NCBI GenBank assembly: GCA_025352405.1
Contig: JANXTM010000187.1
Coordinates: 632 to 64,631, forward strand
DNA: 64,000 bases
Direction: 5' to 3'
DNA from: Polaromonas sp.
GTDB lineage: Bacteria; Pseudomonadota; Gammaproteobacteria; Burkholderiales; Burkholderiaceae_C
Shown here piece by piece: positions 1-10,119 of the stretch. Below the pieces are notes generated by a model, which saw only the letters and a program-made list of their open reading frames with translations, did not search any database and was not told the origin of the DNA. The translations under genes and the position numbers were made by a program. How positions within the stretch are numbered: position 1 is the stretch's first letter; each line of letters starts with the position of its first letter.

Positions 1-2
1 CT

Positions 3-1535
3 GATTACCTGAAAAAAATCCTGACAGCGCGGGTGTACGACGTCGCCGTTGAGTCTGCGCTGGAGCCTGCCAAAAACCTCAGCCTGCGCCTGAAAAACAC
101 GGTTCTTTTAAAGCGTGAAGACCAGCAGCCGGTGTTCAGCTTCAAGCTGCGAGGCGCATATAACAAGATGGCACATTTAAGCGCGGCACAGCTTAAAAAA
201 GGCGTGATTTGCGCATCCGCTGGCAACCACGCACAAGGCGTTGCCATGAGTGCGCAAAAGCTCGGCACCCGCGCCGTGGTGGTCATGCCAGTGACCACGC
301 CACAAGTCAAGGTGGATGCTGTTAAAGGCTGGGGCGGCGAAGTGGTGCTGCACGGCGACAGCTACTCTGACGCCTACACCCATGCGGTGGTGCTCGAAAA
401 AAAACGCGGCCTGACGTTTGTGCATCCGTTTGATGACCCGGATGTGATTGCCGGCCAGGGCACGATTGCAATGGAAATGCTGATGCAGCTGCAGACCCTG
501 GGCTCGAACCGGCTGGATGCCGTGTTTGTGGCCATTGGCGGCGGTGGGCTGATCTCAGGCGTGGCGAACTACATCAAGGCGGTTCGGCCCGAGATCAAAA
601 TTATCGGTGTGCAAATGAATGATTCTGACGCAATGATGCAGTCCGTCAGCGCCAAAAAACGCGTGGCCTTGGGGGATGTGGGCCTTTTTTCAGACGGTAC
701 GGCCGTCAAGCTGGTGGGCGAAGAAACCTTTCGCATCAGCAGTGCGCTGGTCGATGCATTCATCACGGTTGACACCGACTCGGTTTGCGCGGCTATCAAA
801 GACGTCTTCATCGACACCCGCAGCATCGTCGAACCGGCGGGTGCTCTGGCAGTAGCTGCCATCAAGAAATATGTCGCGCTGCACAAAAAACAGGGCGAGA
901 CCTACGCCGCCATTTTGTGCGGCGCCAACATGAACTTTGACCGCCTGCGTTTTGTCGCCGAGCGCGCTGAGGTTGGCGAAGAACGAGAAGCCCTGTTTGC
1001 CGTGACGATTCCTGAAGAGCGCGGCAGCTTCCGGCGCTTTTGCGAGCTGATTGGCGCGTTGCCGGGCGGTCCACGCAGCGTGACCGAGTTCAACTACCGC
1101 ATCAACGACGCAGCCCAGGCCCATGTGTTCGTCGGCCTGACGACGTCTGCCAAAGGCGAAAGCACCAAAATTGCGGCCAATTTTTCACGCCATGGTTTCA
1201 AGGCGCTGGACCTGACGCATGACGAGCTGGCCAAAGAACACATTCGCCACATGGTCGGCGGGCACAGCGCGCTGTCCAAAGATGAGCGCTTGCTGCGCTT
1301 TGTGTTCCCGGAGCGGCCAGGCGCATTGATGAAATTTTTGTCCAGCATGCAGCCGGGGTGGAACATCTCGCTATTCCATTACCGTAACCAGGGCGCCGAC
1401 TACGGACGCATTTTGGTAGGTTTGCAGGTACCCAAGCTGGACAACAAGGCCTTCAAGACGTTTTTAGACACCATCGGCTACCCCCACGTCGAAGAGACTG
1501 ACAACCCTGTTTACCGGCTGTTTTTGCAGAGCTGA
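3..1535 (+). CDS. ilvA: Threonine ammonia-lyase, biosynthetic (5' end lies outside the window)
   Basis: PLP-Lys motif FSFKLRGAYN, SAGNHAQG, GGGGL loop and two C-terminal ACT-like regulatory domains; frame is open from position 3 (DYLKKILTARVYDVA). Confidence 0.97.
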   Translation, partial: DYLKKILTARVYDVAVESALEPAKNLSLRLKNTVLLKREDQQPVFSFKLRGAYNKMAHLSAAQLKKGVICASAGNHAQGVAMSAQKLGTRAVVVMPVTTPQVKVDAVKGWGGEVVLHGDSYSDAYTHAVVLEKKRGLTFVHPFDDPDVIAGQGTIAMEMLMQLQTLGSNRLDAVFVAIGGGGLISGVANYIKAVRPEIKIIGVQMNDSDAMMQSVSAKKRVALGDVGLFSDGTAVKLVGEETFRISSALVDAFITVDTDSVCAAIKDVFIDTRSIVEPAGALAVAAIKKYVALHKKQGETYAAILCGANMNFDRLRFVAERAEVGEEREALFAVTIPEERGSFRRFCELIGALPGGPRSVTEFNYRINDAAQAHVFVGLTTSAKGESTKIAANFSRHGFKALDLTHDELAKEHIRHMVGGHSALSKDERLLRFVFPERPGALMKFLSSMQPGWNISLFHYRNQGADYGRILVGLQVPKLDNKAFKTFLDTIGYPHVEETDNPVYRLFLQS

Positions 1536-1543
1536 CAACCAGC

Positions 1544-1774
1544 ATGGCCAGCACCAGCATCGCCAATTCATCGCGCTGCCCCAGTTGCGGGTTGGGCTTG
1601 CGTTGCGGTATGGTTGCGGGGGATGCCACTTGCTGGTGTTTCAACATGCCGCGGGTTATTCCTGTACCCCCGGCAGACAACACCCAACAAGCCAGTTGCC
1701 TGTGCCCGGCCTGCCTTCAACAATTGATACAACGCAACGCTGCCAGCCATGACCTTCATCCTGCCACTGATTGA
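1544..1774 (+). CDS. Small cysteine-rich CWC family protein
   Basis: CPSCG...C...CWC...CLCPAC pattern; overlaps the cobT start by 26 nt. Confidence 0.8.
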   Translation: MASTSIANSSRCPSCGLGLRCGMVAGDATCWCFNMPRVIPVPPADNTQQASCLCPACLQQLIQRNAASHDLHPATD

Positions 1775-2792
1775 GCCCACCCTTGATGCCGGCCTTGAGG
1801 CCCGCTTGCGGCACAAGATTGACCACAAGACCAAACCGTTGGGTGCACTTGGCCAGCTGGAAGACCTTGCGCTGCAGCTGGGCCTGATCCAGCGCAGTGA
1901 AGTCCTCGCGTTTGAAAACCCGCAAATGGTGGTGTTTGCCGCCGACCACGGTATCGCCGCTGAAGGCGTCTCTGCCTTTCCTCAGGCGGTGACCGTCCAG
2001 ATGGTGGCCAACATGCTGGCCGGTGGTGCCGCCATCAACGTGCTGGCCAGGCAACACGGCTTTGCGCTGCAGGTGGTGGACGCCGGCGTTGCCAGCGACC
2101 TGGCGGACCACCCTGGCCTTGTCAAACGCAAAATGGCCCCAGGTACTCAGAACATCTGCCTGGGCCCGGCCATGCAAGAAGCGCAGTGTCACGCGGCGCT
2201 GCAGGCCGGCAACGATGTGGTTACGAACCTGCCGGGCAATGTCGTGGCGTTTGGCGAAATGGGCATTGCCAACACATCTTCTGCGGCGCTGTTGCTGCAT
2301 CGCCTGGCCGGTGTTGCCCTGCTAGATGCCACTGGCCGGGGAACCGGCTTGAGCGACCCCCAGCTGCTGCACAAGCAGCAGGTCTTGGGGCGCGCTGCAG
2401 CTCAGCACCCGAACGCTATTGCGCCGCTGCAGGCGCTGGCTGCGCTGGGCGGTTTTGAGATCGCCATGATGACTGGCGCCATGCTGCAAGCCGCCAGCCA
2501 GCGCCGGGTCATTCTGGTCGACGGCTTTATTGCGGGCAGCGCCGCGCTCGTGGCCCGGGCACTGGCACCCCAGGTTATAGACTATATGGTGTTTTGCCAC
2601 TGCACTGCCGAGCGCGGCCACCGCTTGCTGCTGGACCGCCTCAACGCACGACCCCTGCTCGATCTTGGCCTGCGTCTGGGCGAAGGCACGGGCGCGCTGC
2701 TGGCCTGGCCGCTGGTGCAATCGGCTGCGCTTTTGATGCGCGAGATGGCCAGTTTTGAGTCAGCAGGTGTCAGCGGAAAAGACCCGGCATAA
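1749..2792 (+). CDS. cobT: Nicotinate-nucleotide--dimethylbenzimidazole phosphoribosyltransferase
   Basis: KTKPLGALGQLE, FAADHG, GEMGIANT, LRLGEGTGA motifs. Confidence 0.96.
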   Translation: MTFILPLIEPTLDAGLEARLRHKIDHKTKPLGALGQLEDLALQLGLIQRSEVLAFENPQMVVFAADHGIAAEGVSAFPQAVTVQMVANMLAGGAAINVLARQHGFALQVVDAGVASDLADHPGLVKRKMAPGTQNICLGPAMQEAQCHAALQAGNDVVTNLPGNVVAFGEMGIANTSSAALLLHRLAGVALLDATGRGTGLSDPQLLHKQQVLGRAAAQHPNAIAPLQALAALGGFEIAMMTGAMLQAASQRRVILVDGFIAGSAALVARALAPQVIDYMVFCHCTAERGHRLLLDRLNARPLLDLGLRLGEGTGALLAWPLVQSAALLMREMASFESAGVSGKDPA

Positions 2793-2801
2793 AACCATGA
2801 G

Positions 2802-3656
2802 TTGCGCGCCATGAAAGCAGTGTTCCAGTTGCTACGCGAATACCTGCTCGCCGTGCAGTTTTTTACCCGCATCCCAGTCACCGGCTGTTTGGCGCAATGG
2901 GTCGGGTTCAGCCCAGAATTGCTACGCGCCAGCGCAGGGCACTTTCCAGGTGTTGGGCTGGTGGTTGGTGCGATAGCAGCCGCTGCGTACGGCATTACAA
3001 ACGCCCTGCTGCCCGACACCCACTTCACGCCGCTGGTGGCGGCGGTGCTGTCCACCATCGCCTCGGTGCTGCTGACGGGTGGCTTTCATGAAGACGGCCT
3101 GGCCGATGTAGCCGATGGCCTGGGCGGCAGTTACGACCGGGCGCGCGCCCTTGACATCATGAAAGACTCGCGTGTGGGCGCTTTTGGCGCTATGGCGCTG
3201 GTGTTGGCGCTGCTCGCAAAAGTCGCGTTGCTGGCCCTGCTGGGCTCGGTAGAAGGCACGCCGACCGGCTGGGACGAGGCACCGTTCAGCACCTGGTATG
3301 TCTGCGCCGCCCTGGTCGCCGGGCATGTGCTGTCGCGCGCCCTGCCGCTGCTGCTGATTGCCTGGCTGCCGCATGTCGGCGACACTGCAGCGTCCAAATC
3401 AAAACCATTGGCTGACGACCTCACCGCACGCAGCTTGTGGATTGCATTTATATGGTCGTTAATGGCCTTAGCCCTTGTTTTAACTGCGCTAGATGCTATG
3501 AATTTAATAGTAGGCTGCAGCTTTTCAATGCTGGCGCTGCTGTGGATGGGCCGCTGGCTCAAACGCCGCCTACAAGGCTTCACAGGCGATTGCCTGGGTG
3601 CGACGCAGCAAGTGTGCGAGATAGCGTTTTATCTCGGGCTGGCGATTTCCCTATGA
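2802..3656 (+). CDS. cobS: Adenosylcobinamide-GDP ribazoletransferase (cobalamin synthase)
   Basis: FFTRIP, TGGFHEDGLADVADG, IMKDSRVGAFG, GFTGDCLGA motifs; multi-pass membrane protein. Confidence 0.95.
   Translation: MRAMKAVFQLLREYLLAVQFFTRIPVTGCLAQWVGFSPELLRASAGHFPGVGLVVGAIAAAAYGITNALLPDTHFTPLVAAVLSTIASVLLTGGFHEDGLADVADGLGGSYDRARALDIMKDSRVGAFGAMALVLALLAKVALLALLGSVEGTPTGWDEAPFSTWYVCAALVAGHVLSRALPLLLIAWLPHVGDTAASKSKPLADDLTARSLWIAFIWSLMALALVLTALDAMNLIVGCSFSMLALLWMGRWLKRRLQGFTGDCLGATQQVCEIAFYLGLAISL
3447..3511 (+). repeat. Dispersed ~63-bp repeat, copy 1, in frame inside cobS
   Basis: TTTATATGGTCGTTAATGGCC-TTAGCCCTTGTTTTAACTGCGCTAGAT-GCTAT-GAATTTA-ATAGT; AT-rich patch within a GC-rich gene. 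Confidence 0.75.
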
Positions 3657-3671
3657 CGCGAAGTAAAAAGC

Positions 3672-4223
3672 GTGGGGGCTAATCTTTTTATGGTCAGGCA
3701 CGCCCAACCGCTGGTCGATGCAGGTATTTGCTACGGTCAACTGGACATGGGTGCTGACGCAAACGCCACGCTGAGCTGCGCACAAGCCCTTGCCAAAGTG
3801 CTGCCACCCAGCATCATCGTTGTCACCTCTCCGCTACAAAGATGTGAGCAGCTGGCCCGCGCATTGCTTGGCGAAAAGCCAGATTTGACCATTAAAGTGG
3901 ATACTCGCCTGCAGGAAATGAACTTCGGCACCTGGGAAGGCCAGGCCTGGGCCGACATTGCCCGCGCCGAGCTGGCGGCCTGGACCACCGATTTCGCCGA
4001 TTACCAGCCCGGCGGCAACGGTGAAAGCGTCGCCCAATTCATGGCCCGGGTCGCCTCGGCCTTCGACGAGTTGCCCAGCGCCGCAGACACCTTGTGGATT
4101 ACCCATGCCGGGGTCATGCGGGCGGTGGAACTGATCGCCGCCGGGCAACGCCAACTGCAGCGCGCAGACCAGTGGCCGATAGTTGCGCCAGCTTATGGAC
4201 AATGGTGCAAACTAGTGCTTTAG
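3672..4223 (+). CDS. cobC: Histidine phosphatase family, probable alpha-ribazole-5'-phosphate phosphatase
   Basis: RHA, SPLQRC, EMNFGTWEG, THAG motifs; directly follows cobT-cobS. Confidence 0.85.
   Translation: MGANLFMVRHAQPLVDAGICYGQLDMGADANATLSCAQALAKVLPPSIIVVTSPLQRCEQLARALLGEKPDLTIKVDTRLQEMNFGTWEGQAWADIARAELAAWTTDFADYQPGGNGESVAQFMARVASAFDELPSAADTLWITHAGVMRAVELIAAGQRQLQRADQWPIVAPAYGQWCKLVL
3833..3896 (-). repeat. Dispersed ~63-bp repeat, copy 2, inside cobC
   Basis: Reverse strand reads TTTAATGGTCAAATCTGGCT-N27-GCTCA-CATCTTT-GTAGC. Confidence 0.55.
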
Positions 4224-4261
4224 CGCCTACTGCAACCAGCACTCAAAAAAAACAACAACTC

Positions 4262-5158
4262 ATGGCAACCAACCTGGACGGACAACTCGTTGTAGCGATT
4301 TCTTCGCGTGCGCTGTTTGATCTCGAAGAAGAAAACCGCGTTTTCGAGCAGTCGGACGACCGCGAGTACATGAAGCTGCAACTTGACCGGCTGGAGCTTC
4401 CGGCCAAACCCGGCGTGGCTTTCTCGCTGGTCAAAAAACTGCTGGCCTTCAACAGCCCGGACAGCCAGCGGGTAGAGGTGGTGATCCTCTCGCGCAACGA
4501 CCCGGTGTCTGGCTTGCGGGTGTTTCGCTCGGTGCAAACCCATGCGTTAAGCGTGGCGCGCGGCGTATTTACACGTGGCCGCGAGCCTTGGCGCTACCTG
4601 TCGCCGCTGCAGGCCAACCTGTTTTTGTCAGCCAACCCTGACGACGTGAAAGCCGCACTGCTGATGGGCTTTCCAGCCGCTACCGTGGCCACGCACTCAG
4701 TACGCGCCAGAGACAACTACCCCAATGAAGTACGCATTGCTTTTGACGGCGATGCCGTGCTGTTTTCCGACGAGGCCGAACAGGTCTTTCAACGCGATGG
4801 TTTGCCGGCCTTTCAGCAGCATGAGCGCGACAAGGCTGTGCTGCCGCTGCCCGATGGCCCCTTCAAGCCCCTGCTGATCGCCCTGCAACGCCTGCAGCAG
4901 GCTGGCACACCATCAATGCGGCTGCGCACCGCACTGGTCACTGCGAGAAGCGCCCCAGCTCACGAGCGCGCCATTCGCACGCTCATGAACTGGAACATCG
5001 AGGTCGATGAAGCGATGTTTTTGGGTGGCCTGGCCAAGGGCGAGTTTTTGCGCGAATTCGAGCCTGACTTTTTCTTTGACGACCAGACTGGCCACGTCAA
5101 CTCAGCCGCCGAGCATGTGCCCGCAGGTCATGTTGCCAGCGGCGTGTCCAATGGCTGA
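4262..5158 (+). CDS. 5'-nucleotidase (5-nucleotidase family, HAD-like)
   Basis: AISSRALFD, AFDGDAVLFSDEAE, TARSAP, FFDDQ motifs; ATG at 4262 preferred over the ORF-track start at 4094, which overlaps cobC. Confidence 0.88.
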   Translation: MATNLDGQLVVAISSRALFDLEEENRVFEQSDDREYMKLQLDRLELPAKPGVAFSLVKKLLAFNSPDSQRVEVVILSRNDPVSGLRVFRSVQTHALSVARGVFTRGREPWRYLSPLQANLFLSANPDDVKAALLMGFPAATVATHSVRARDNYPNEVRIAFDGDAVLFSDEAEQVFQRDGLPAFQQHERDKAVLPLPDGPFKPLLIALQRLQQAGTPSMRLRTALVTARSAPAHERAIRTLMNWNIEVDEAMFLGGLAKGEFLREFEPDFFFDDQTGHVNSAAEHVPAGHVASGVSNG

Positions 5159-5326
5159 TGCAGACGGCTGCGGAGTCTCATGCAGGCAAAGAAGGCCCTG
5201 TCCGGCATTGGTTTACAGTAACTTCAACATCCGTTCACGCCGCTATGATTTGCTGCTGACGTCAGGTCTGACGACATCCCTTTCCAACCGGGCGCGAACT
5301 AGCGCCGTCCAACCGAAAAGCACACC

Positions 5327-5911
5327 ATGAAAACTTCACGAACAACCTCATTTCTCTCAGCCAGCTTGTTAAGCCTTAGCCTGGCGGCCTGCGGCGGTGG
5401 CAGTGCCGGATCAGACGGGACAGTGAGCGGCACGGTCACAGGGCTGGGCAGTGGCCTGAATTTAATGTTGCAAAACAATGGTGTCGACACCATTGCGGTG
5501 GCCAGCAACGGGACCTTCGCCTTCCCCACAAAACTTTCATCTCTCGGGCCCTTCAGCGTGACGGTATCGACGCAGCCCATTGGGCAATTTTGTACCCTGG
5601 CACGCGCCACAGGTGTCATTCCCACAGATGGCAACCAGGCCAACGCAACCGTCGTGGCGTGTGCGGCAAACTCTTTGGGTGCAACGGTGTCAGGCCTGAA
5701 CGCCGGCAGCACGGTGACTTTGAACAATGCGGCTGTGCAGATGGTGGTGAATGCAAACGGCGTGTCAACTTTCCCCGGAATCTTGGCTGGTGGCACAACC
5801 TTCACTTTGGCTGTTGCTGCACAGCCCGCAACGCAGGTCTGCACCCTGTCCAACGCCAGCGGAACCATCACGGCCGGCGTCCAGTCGCTTGCTACATTGA
5901 ACTGCATTTAA
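5327..5911 (+). CDS. Lipoprotein made of two tandem ~80-aa beta-rich repeats
   Basis: Lipobox LAAC-GGG; two repeats of TVSGL..G..L.L.NN....V.ANG..F..QP..Q.C...C type. Confidence 0.75.
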   Translation: MKTSRTTSFLSASLLSLSLAACGGGSAGSDGTVSGTVTGLGSGLNLMLQNNGVDTIAVASNGTFAFPTKLSSLGPFSVTVSTQPIGQFCTLARATGVIPTDGNQANATVVACAANSLGATVSGLNAGSTVTLNNAAVQMVVNANGVSTFPGILAGGTTFTLAVAAQPATQVCTLSNASGTITAGVQSLATLNCI

Positions 5912-5957
5912 CGGATCAGCCGTCGAAATTTCGGGTCTGAGTTTCATAACAGGGTGC

Positions 5958-7769
5958 ATGCAAATGCTTTTGGCCAAAAAACTTTCTGCATTCAAAACCT
6001 TCAGCGGCCGCGTCTGGGCTTTGTCGGCACCCTATTTCAGATCTGAAGACAAGTGGAAGGCACGCGGGCTGCTGGCGGCCATTGTGGTGCTGAATTTGGC
6101 GGCGGTGTACATGCTGGTGCTGCTCAATGAGTGGAACCGGGTGTTTTATGACGCACTGCAAAACAAGGACCAACCAGTTTTCTGGACGCAGCTGGGGCGC
6201 TTCACCTATCTGGCCTTTGCCTTCATCATCATTGCGGTGTACCGCTTCTACCTGACGCAACTGCTCGAAGTGCGCTGGCGTGCCTGGATGACGGCGCACT
6301 ACCTCCAGCGCTGGCTGGCCGACCATGCGTTTTACACCCTGGAGCTGGCGCGCTTCTCAGGCGAAAAAAACACCGCCGACAACCCCGACCAGCGGATTCA
6401 GGAAGACATCAACCTGTTCACCACCTACAGCATTTCGCTGAGCATGGGCTTGCTCAATGCCGTGGTGACCTTACTGAGTTTTGTCGGCATTTTGTGGTCG
6501 CTTTCGGGCGCTTTTTCTTTCACGCTGGGCGGCAGCAGTTACAACATACCGGGTTTCATGGTCTGGATGGCTGTGCTGTATTGCGCTGTAGGCAGCGTCA
6601 TCACACATTACATTGGCCGGCCGCAGATCAAGCTCAACTACCAGCAGCAGCGCTATGAGGCTGACTTTCGGCACCACATGGTGCGGGTACGCGAATACAG
6701 CGAATCAATCGCGCTGGACAAAGGTGAAGCGGTCGAGCGCGCGCAACTGGACCTGCGTTTTTCCAGCGTTCTTGCGAACTACCTGCAGCTGATCAAGAAG
6801 CAGAAAAACCTGGTCTGGTTTACCAACTTTTTTGGCCAGGCCGCCGTGGTGTTTCCGTTCATTGTGGCGGCGCCGCGTTTTTTCAGCGGTGCCATCCAGC
6901 TCGGTGAGCTGATGCAGATATCCTCTGCCTTTGGGCGGGTGCAAGACTCGCTCAGCTGGCTGGTTGACAACTACAGCAACCTCGCCGCCTGGCGCGCCAC
7001 GACCGACCGTCTGACCAGTTTTGAGGACAACATAACGGCTGCGGGGCAGAAAACACGGGCGCATTCCGCTATCAATTCAGAAGCAGACAACGCACAGGTT
7101 GCAACAGCCTCAAATGCACTTTCTGCCAGTGATCTGACTTTGAGCCTACCCGCTGGTCAGGTACTGCTGAGTGATATGTCTTTGAGCGCCAACCCCGGGG
7201 ATAGCGTGCTGTTCAAGGGGCCATCGGGCAGTGGGAAATCGACCCTGTTTCGGGCGTTTGCGGGTATCTGGCCGTTCACAAAAGGCCACACCCACCTGCC
7301 GCAGGGCGCGATGTTTATTCCCCAGCGTCCCTACTTCCCCGATGGGCTGTTGCGCGATGCGCTGGCCTACCCGCAACCCACCGCGCGGTACAGCGACGAG
7401 GCGCTCAAGCAGGCCCTGCAGGACGCCATGCTGCCGCAACTCATCAGCCGTCTGGACGACCAGGACGCGTGGAGCCAAAAGCTGTCTGGCGGCGAACAAC
7501 AGCGGCTGGCCATTGCACGCGTGCTGCTCAAAAAACCGCAATGGATTTTTGCCGATGAAGCCACCAGTGCCCTCGATGAGCCCGCTGAAAAAGCACTTTA
7601 CGAAAAACTGCAGACGCATGTGGCTACCGTGCATGGCGGCATGGTGTCAATTGCCCACCGCCCCAGCGTGGCGGCTTTTCACAACCGGCAATGGACGCTT
7701 GAAAAACTGCCCACGGATGCGCCATCCCTGTACGGCCTGACTGACAGTCCGCTGAAAAATTCGCCCTGA
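5958..7769 (+). CDS. ABC transporter fused permease/ATPase, YddA/BacA(Rv1819c)-like (ABCD/SbmA-type TMD)
   Basis: DNPDQRIQED, EADFR TMD motifs; Walker A GPSGSGKS, LSGGEQQR, DEATSALD. Confidence 0.9.
   Translation: MQMLLAKKLSAFKTFSGRVWALSAPYFRSEDKWKARGLLAAIVVLNLAAVYMLVLLNEWNRVFYDALQNKDQPVFWTQLGRFTYLAFAFIIIAVYRFYLTQLLEVRWRAWMTAHYLQRWLADHAFYTLELARFSGEKNTADNPDQRIQEDINLFTTYSISLSMGLLNAVVTLLSFVGILWSLSGAFSFTLGGSSYNIPGFMVWMAVLYCAVGSVITHYIGRPQIKLNYQQQRYEADFRHHMVRVREYSESIALDKGEAVERAQLDLRFSSVLANYLQLIKKQKNLVWFTNFFGQAAVVFPFIVAAPRFFSGAIQLGELMQISSAFGRVQDSLSWLVDNYSNLAAWRATTDRLTSFEDNITAAGQKTRAHSAINSEADNAQVATASNALSASDLTLSLPAGQVLLSDMSLSANPGDSVLFKGPSGSGKSTLFRAFAGIWPFTKGHTHLPQGAMFIPQRPYFPDGLLRDALAYPQPTARYSDEALKQALQDAMLPQLISRLDDQDAWSQKLSGGEQQRLAIARVLLKKPQWIFADEATSALDEPAEKALYEKLQTHVATVHGGMVSIAHRPSVAAFHNRQWTLEKLPTDAPSLYGLTDSPLKNSP
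7037..7085 (+). repeat. Dispersed ~63-bp repeat, copy 3, in the TMD-NBD linker of the ABC transporter
   Basis: GGCTGCGGGGCAGAAAACACGGGCGCATTCC-GCTAT-CAATTCA-GAAGC; closely matches the copy at 39562-39608. Confidence 0.65.
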
Positions 7770-7794
7770 GTCAGCTCTGTAAATACGCCAGCGA

Positions 7795-9420
7795 ATGCCT
7801 GAAGAAATAAAACCCGGCCGCTCATCCGATCAGCTGTCCGCTTGGGCCCCTATCAGGCAACCAGTATTCCGCATGCTGTGGGGCACCTGGCTGGCGGCCA
7901 ACATCTGCATGTGGATGAGCGACGTCGCAGCAGCCTGGATGATGACCTCCATGACCACCACGCCGCTGTGGGTGGCGCTGGTGCAAACGTCGGCCACCTT
8001 GCCGGTGTTTTTACTCGGCTTGCCAAGCGGCGCCCTGGCCGACATCCTGGACCGCAGGCGCTACTTCATCCTGACGCAGTTCTGGATTGCGACGGTGGCC
8101 ACGCTGCTGTGCCTCACGGTGATTTCAGGCGTCATGACGCCGCCGTTGCTGCTGGCCCTGACCTTTGCCAACGGCGTAGGCCTGGCGATGCGCTGGCCGG
8201 TGTTTGCAGCCATCGTGCCCGAGCTGGTGCCGCGGGCGCAGTTGCCGGCAGCGCTGGCGCTTAACGGCATCGCCATGAATGCGTCACGCATCGTCGGCCC
8301 GCTCGTGGCCGGTGCGCTAATTGCCAGTGCCGGCACCGAATATGTGTTTGTGCTCAACGCCGTGTTGTCGGTTATTTCGGGCTTTGTCATCATGCGCTGG
8401 CGGCGCGTGCATGTGCCCAGCCCGCTGGGCCGCGAGCGGTTGCTCAGTGCAATGCGCGTGGGACTGCAGTTTGTACGCCAGTCCAGTCGGCTGCGTGCTG
8501 TGCTGCTGCGGGTGTCGCTGTTTTTTCTGCATTCCACCGCGTTACTGGCCCTGCTGCCCCTGGTGGCACGCAACCTGCACACCGGTGATGCAGGCACCTT
8601 CACGCTGCTGCTCGCCGCCATGGGGGTGGGTGCGATTGGCGCGGCCCTGTACCTGCCGCGCCTCAGGCAACTGATGCCGCGTGACACGCTGGTGCTGCGC
8701 TCAACCATACTTCAGTCCGTGTCTACCGCCGTCATGGCGCTGGCGCCCAACGCCTGGGTGGCGGTGCCCGCCATGCTGCTCAATGGCATGGCCTGGATTT
8801 GCTGCGCCAACTCGCTCAGCGTGTCGGCGCAACTTTCTTTGCCCGACTGGGTGCGCGCGCGCGGTATGTCGATGTACCAGATGGCCATCATGGGGGCCAG
8901 TGCGCTGGGCGCGGCGCTATGGGGTCAGATCGCCACGCTGACCAGCGTCTCCACGGGCCTGCTGGTAGCCGCTGCGAGCGGCACGGTCTGCATGCTGCTC
9001 GCACAAAGGCAGGTGGTGGACCTGAGCATTGAGGAAGACCTGACGCCCTCACGCGAGTTCAAGGCACCGGTGGCAGACGCCCCGCCCGGCGCAGGCCATG
9101 TGGTGGTGACTATTGACTACCTGATCGATCCGCTGCGCAGCCATGATTTTCACGCCGTGATGCAAGAAAGTCGCCGCAGCCGCCTGCGTCAGGGTGCGCT
9201 TGAATGGGCGCTGCTGCGCGACATCGGCACGCCGGGGCGGTATGTCGAGCAGATCATTGACGAGTCTTGGACCGAACATCTGCGCCGGTTTGACCGGGTG
9301 ACGGCCAGCGACGTGGCGCTGCGCGAACGCAAACTGGCCTTTCACATTGGAGACGTACCGCCGCAGGTGCAGCGCTGTGTGGTGGAAGGCGCTTTACGCC
9401 TTCAGGTTTTTTCGGCGTAG
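7795..9420 (+). CDS. MFS transporter (MFS_3/DUF894 type) with C-terminal soluble domain
   Basis: 12-TM hydrophobic pattern, [11 protein letters not shown] motif; 3' end overlaps the queC 3' end by 19 nt. Confidence 0.88.
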   Translation: MPEEIKPGRSSDQLSAWAPIRQPVFRMLWGTWLAANICMWMSDVAAAWMMTSMTTTPLWVALVQTSATLPVFLLGLPSGALADILDRRRYFILTQFWIATVATLLCLTVISGVMTPPLLLALTFANGVGLAMRWPVFAAIVPELVPRAQLPAALALNGIAMNASRIVGPLVAGALIASAGTEYVFVLNAVLSVISGFVIMRWRRVHVPSPLGRERLLSAMRVGLQFVRQSSRLRAVLLRVSLFFLHSTALLALLPLVARNLHTGDAGTFTLLLAAMGVGAIGAALYLPRLRQLMPRDTLVLRSTILQSVSTAVMALAPNAWVAVPAMLLNGMAWICCANSLSVSAQLSLPDWVRARGMSMYQMAIMGASALGAALWGQIATLTSVSTGLLVAAASGTVCMLLAQRQVVDLSIEEDLTPSREFKAPVADAPPGAGHVVVTIDYLIDPLRSHDFHAVMQESRRSRLRQGALEWALLRDIGTPGRYVEQIIDESWTEHLRRFDRVTASDVALRERKLAFHIGDVPPQVQRCVVEGALRLQVFSA

Positions 9421-10100
9421 CGCTGATAACCCCGGGCGCGCAGCTCGCAGGCCGGGCAGGTGCCGCAGCCATAGCCCCACGCATGGCGGTGCAGTCGGTC
9501 GCCCAGGTAACAGGTGTGGGTGTGCTCCACAATTAGATCGACCAGCGGCTGACCCCCGAGCTGGTGCGCCATGCGCCAGGTGTCGGCCTTGTCGATCCAC
9601 ATCAGCGGGGTGTCGATTAAAAAGCGCTTGTCCATGCCGAGCGACAGCGCCAGTTGCATAGCCTTCATCGTGTCGTCGCGGCAATCAGGGTAGCCTGAAA
9701 AATCAGTCTCGCACACCCCCGTGACCAGCACTTGCAGATCGCGCCGGTAAGCCAGCGCCGCACTGAGGGTCAAGAACAGCAGGTTGCGGCCCGGCACAAA
9801 AGTGTTTGGCAGGCCCGAGCTTTCCATCTTGAAGGCCACGTCACGCGTGAGGGAGGTGTCGCTGACCTGGCCCAGTACGGCCAGGTCCAGCAAGTGGTCT
9901 TCACCAAGCTTGCTGGCCCACTGTGGAAACTTTTCTTTGATTTCGCGCAACACGTTGAGCCGAGCTTCAAGCTCCACGATGTGGCGCTGGCCGTAGTCAA
10001 AGGCGACGGTTTCGACGCGCTCATATTTGAAGAGCGCTTGGGCCAGACAAGTTGTGGAGTCCTGACCACCGGAAAATAAAACGAGGGCTGAGGTGTGCAT
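9402..10100 (-). CDS. queC: 7-cyano-7-deazaguanine synthase
   Basis: [19 protein letters not shown] and Zn site TCY...GCGTCPAC. Confidence 0.96.
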   Translation of the reverse strand: MHTSALVLFSGGQDSTTCLAQALFKYERVETVAFDYGQRHIVELEARLNVLREIKEKFPQWASKLGEDHLLDLAVLGQVSDTSLTRDVAFKMESSGLPNTFVPGRNLLFLTLSAALAYRRDLQVLVTGVCETDFSGYPDCRDDTMKAMQLALSLGMDKRFLIDTPLMWIDKADTWRMAHQLGGQPLVDLIVEHTHTCYLGDRLHRHAWGYGCGTCPACELRARGYQRYAEKT

Positions 10101-10119
10101 GCTTAAAAAGCTTGGGGGT

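Noticed and set aside
1536-7794. Cobalamin riboswitch near the cob genes or the ABC transporter
   Set aside because: No B12-box-like motifs in the short spacers; ilvA to CWC gap is only 8 nt
9402-10100. QueC as part of a defence or DNA-modification system
   Set aside because: Ordinary-length QueC with no TatD, ATPase or dpd neighbours
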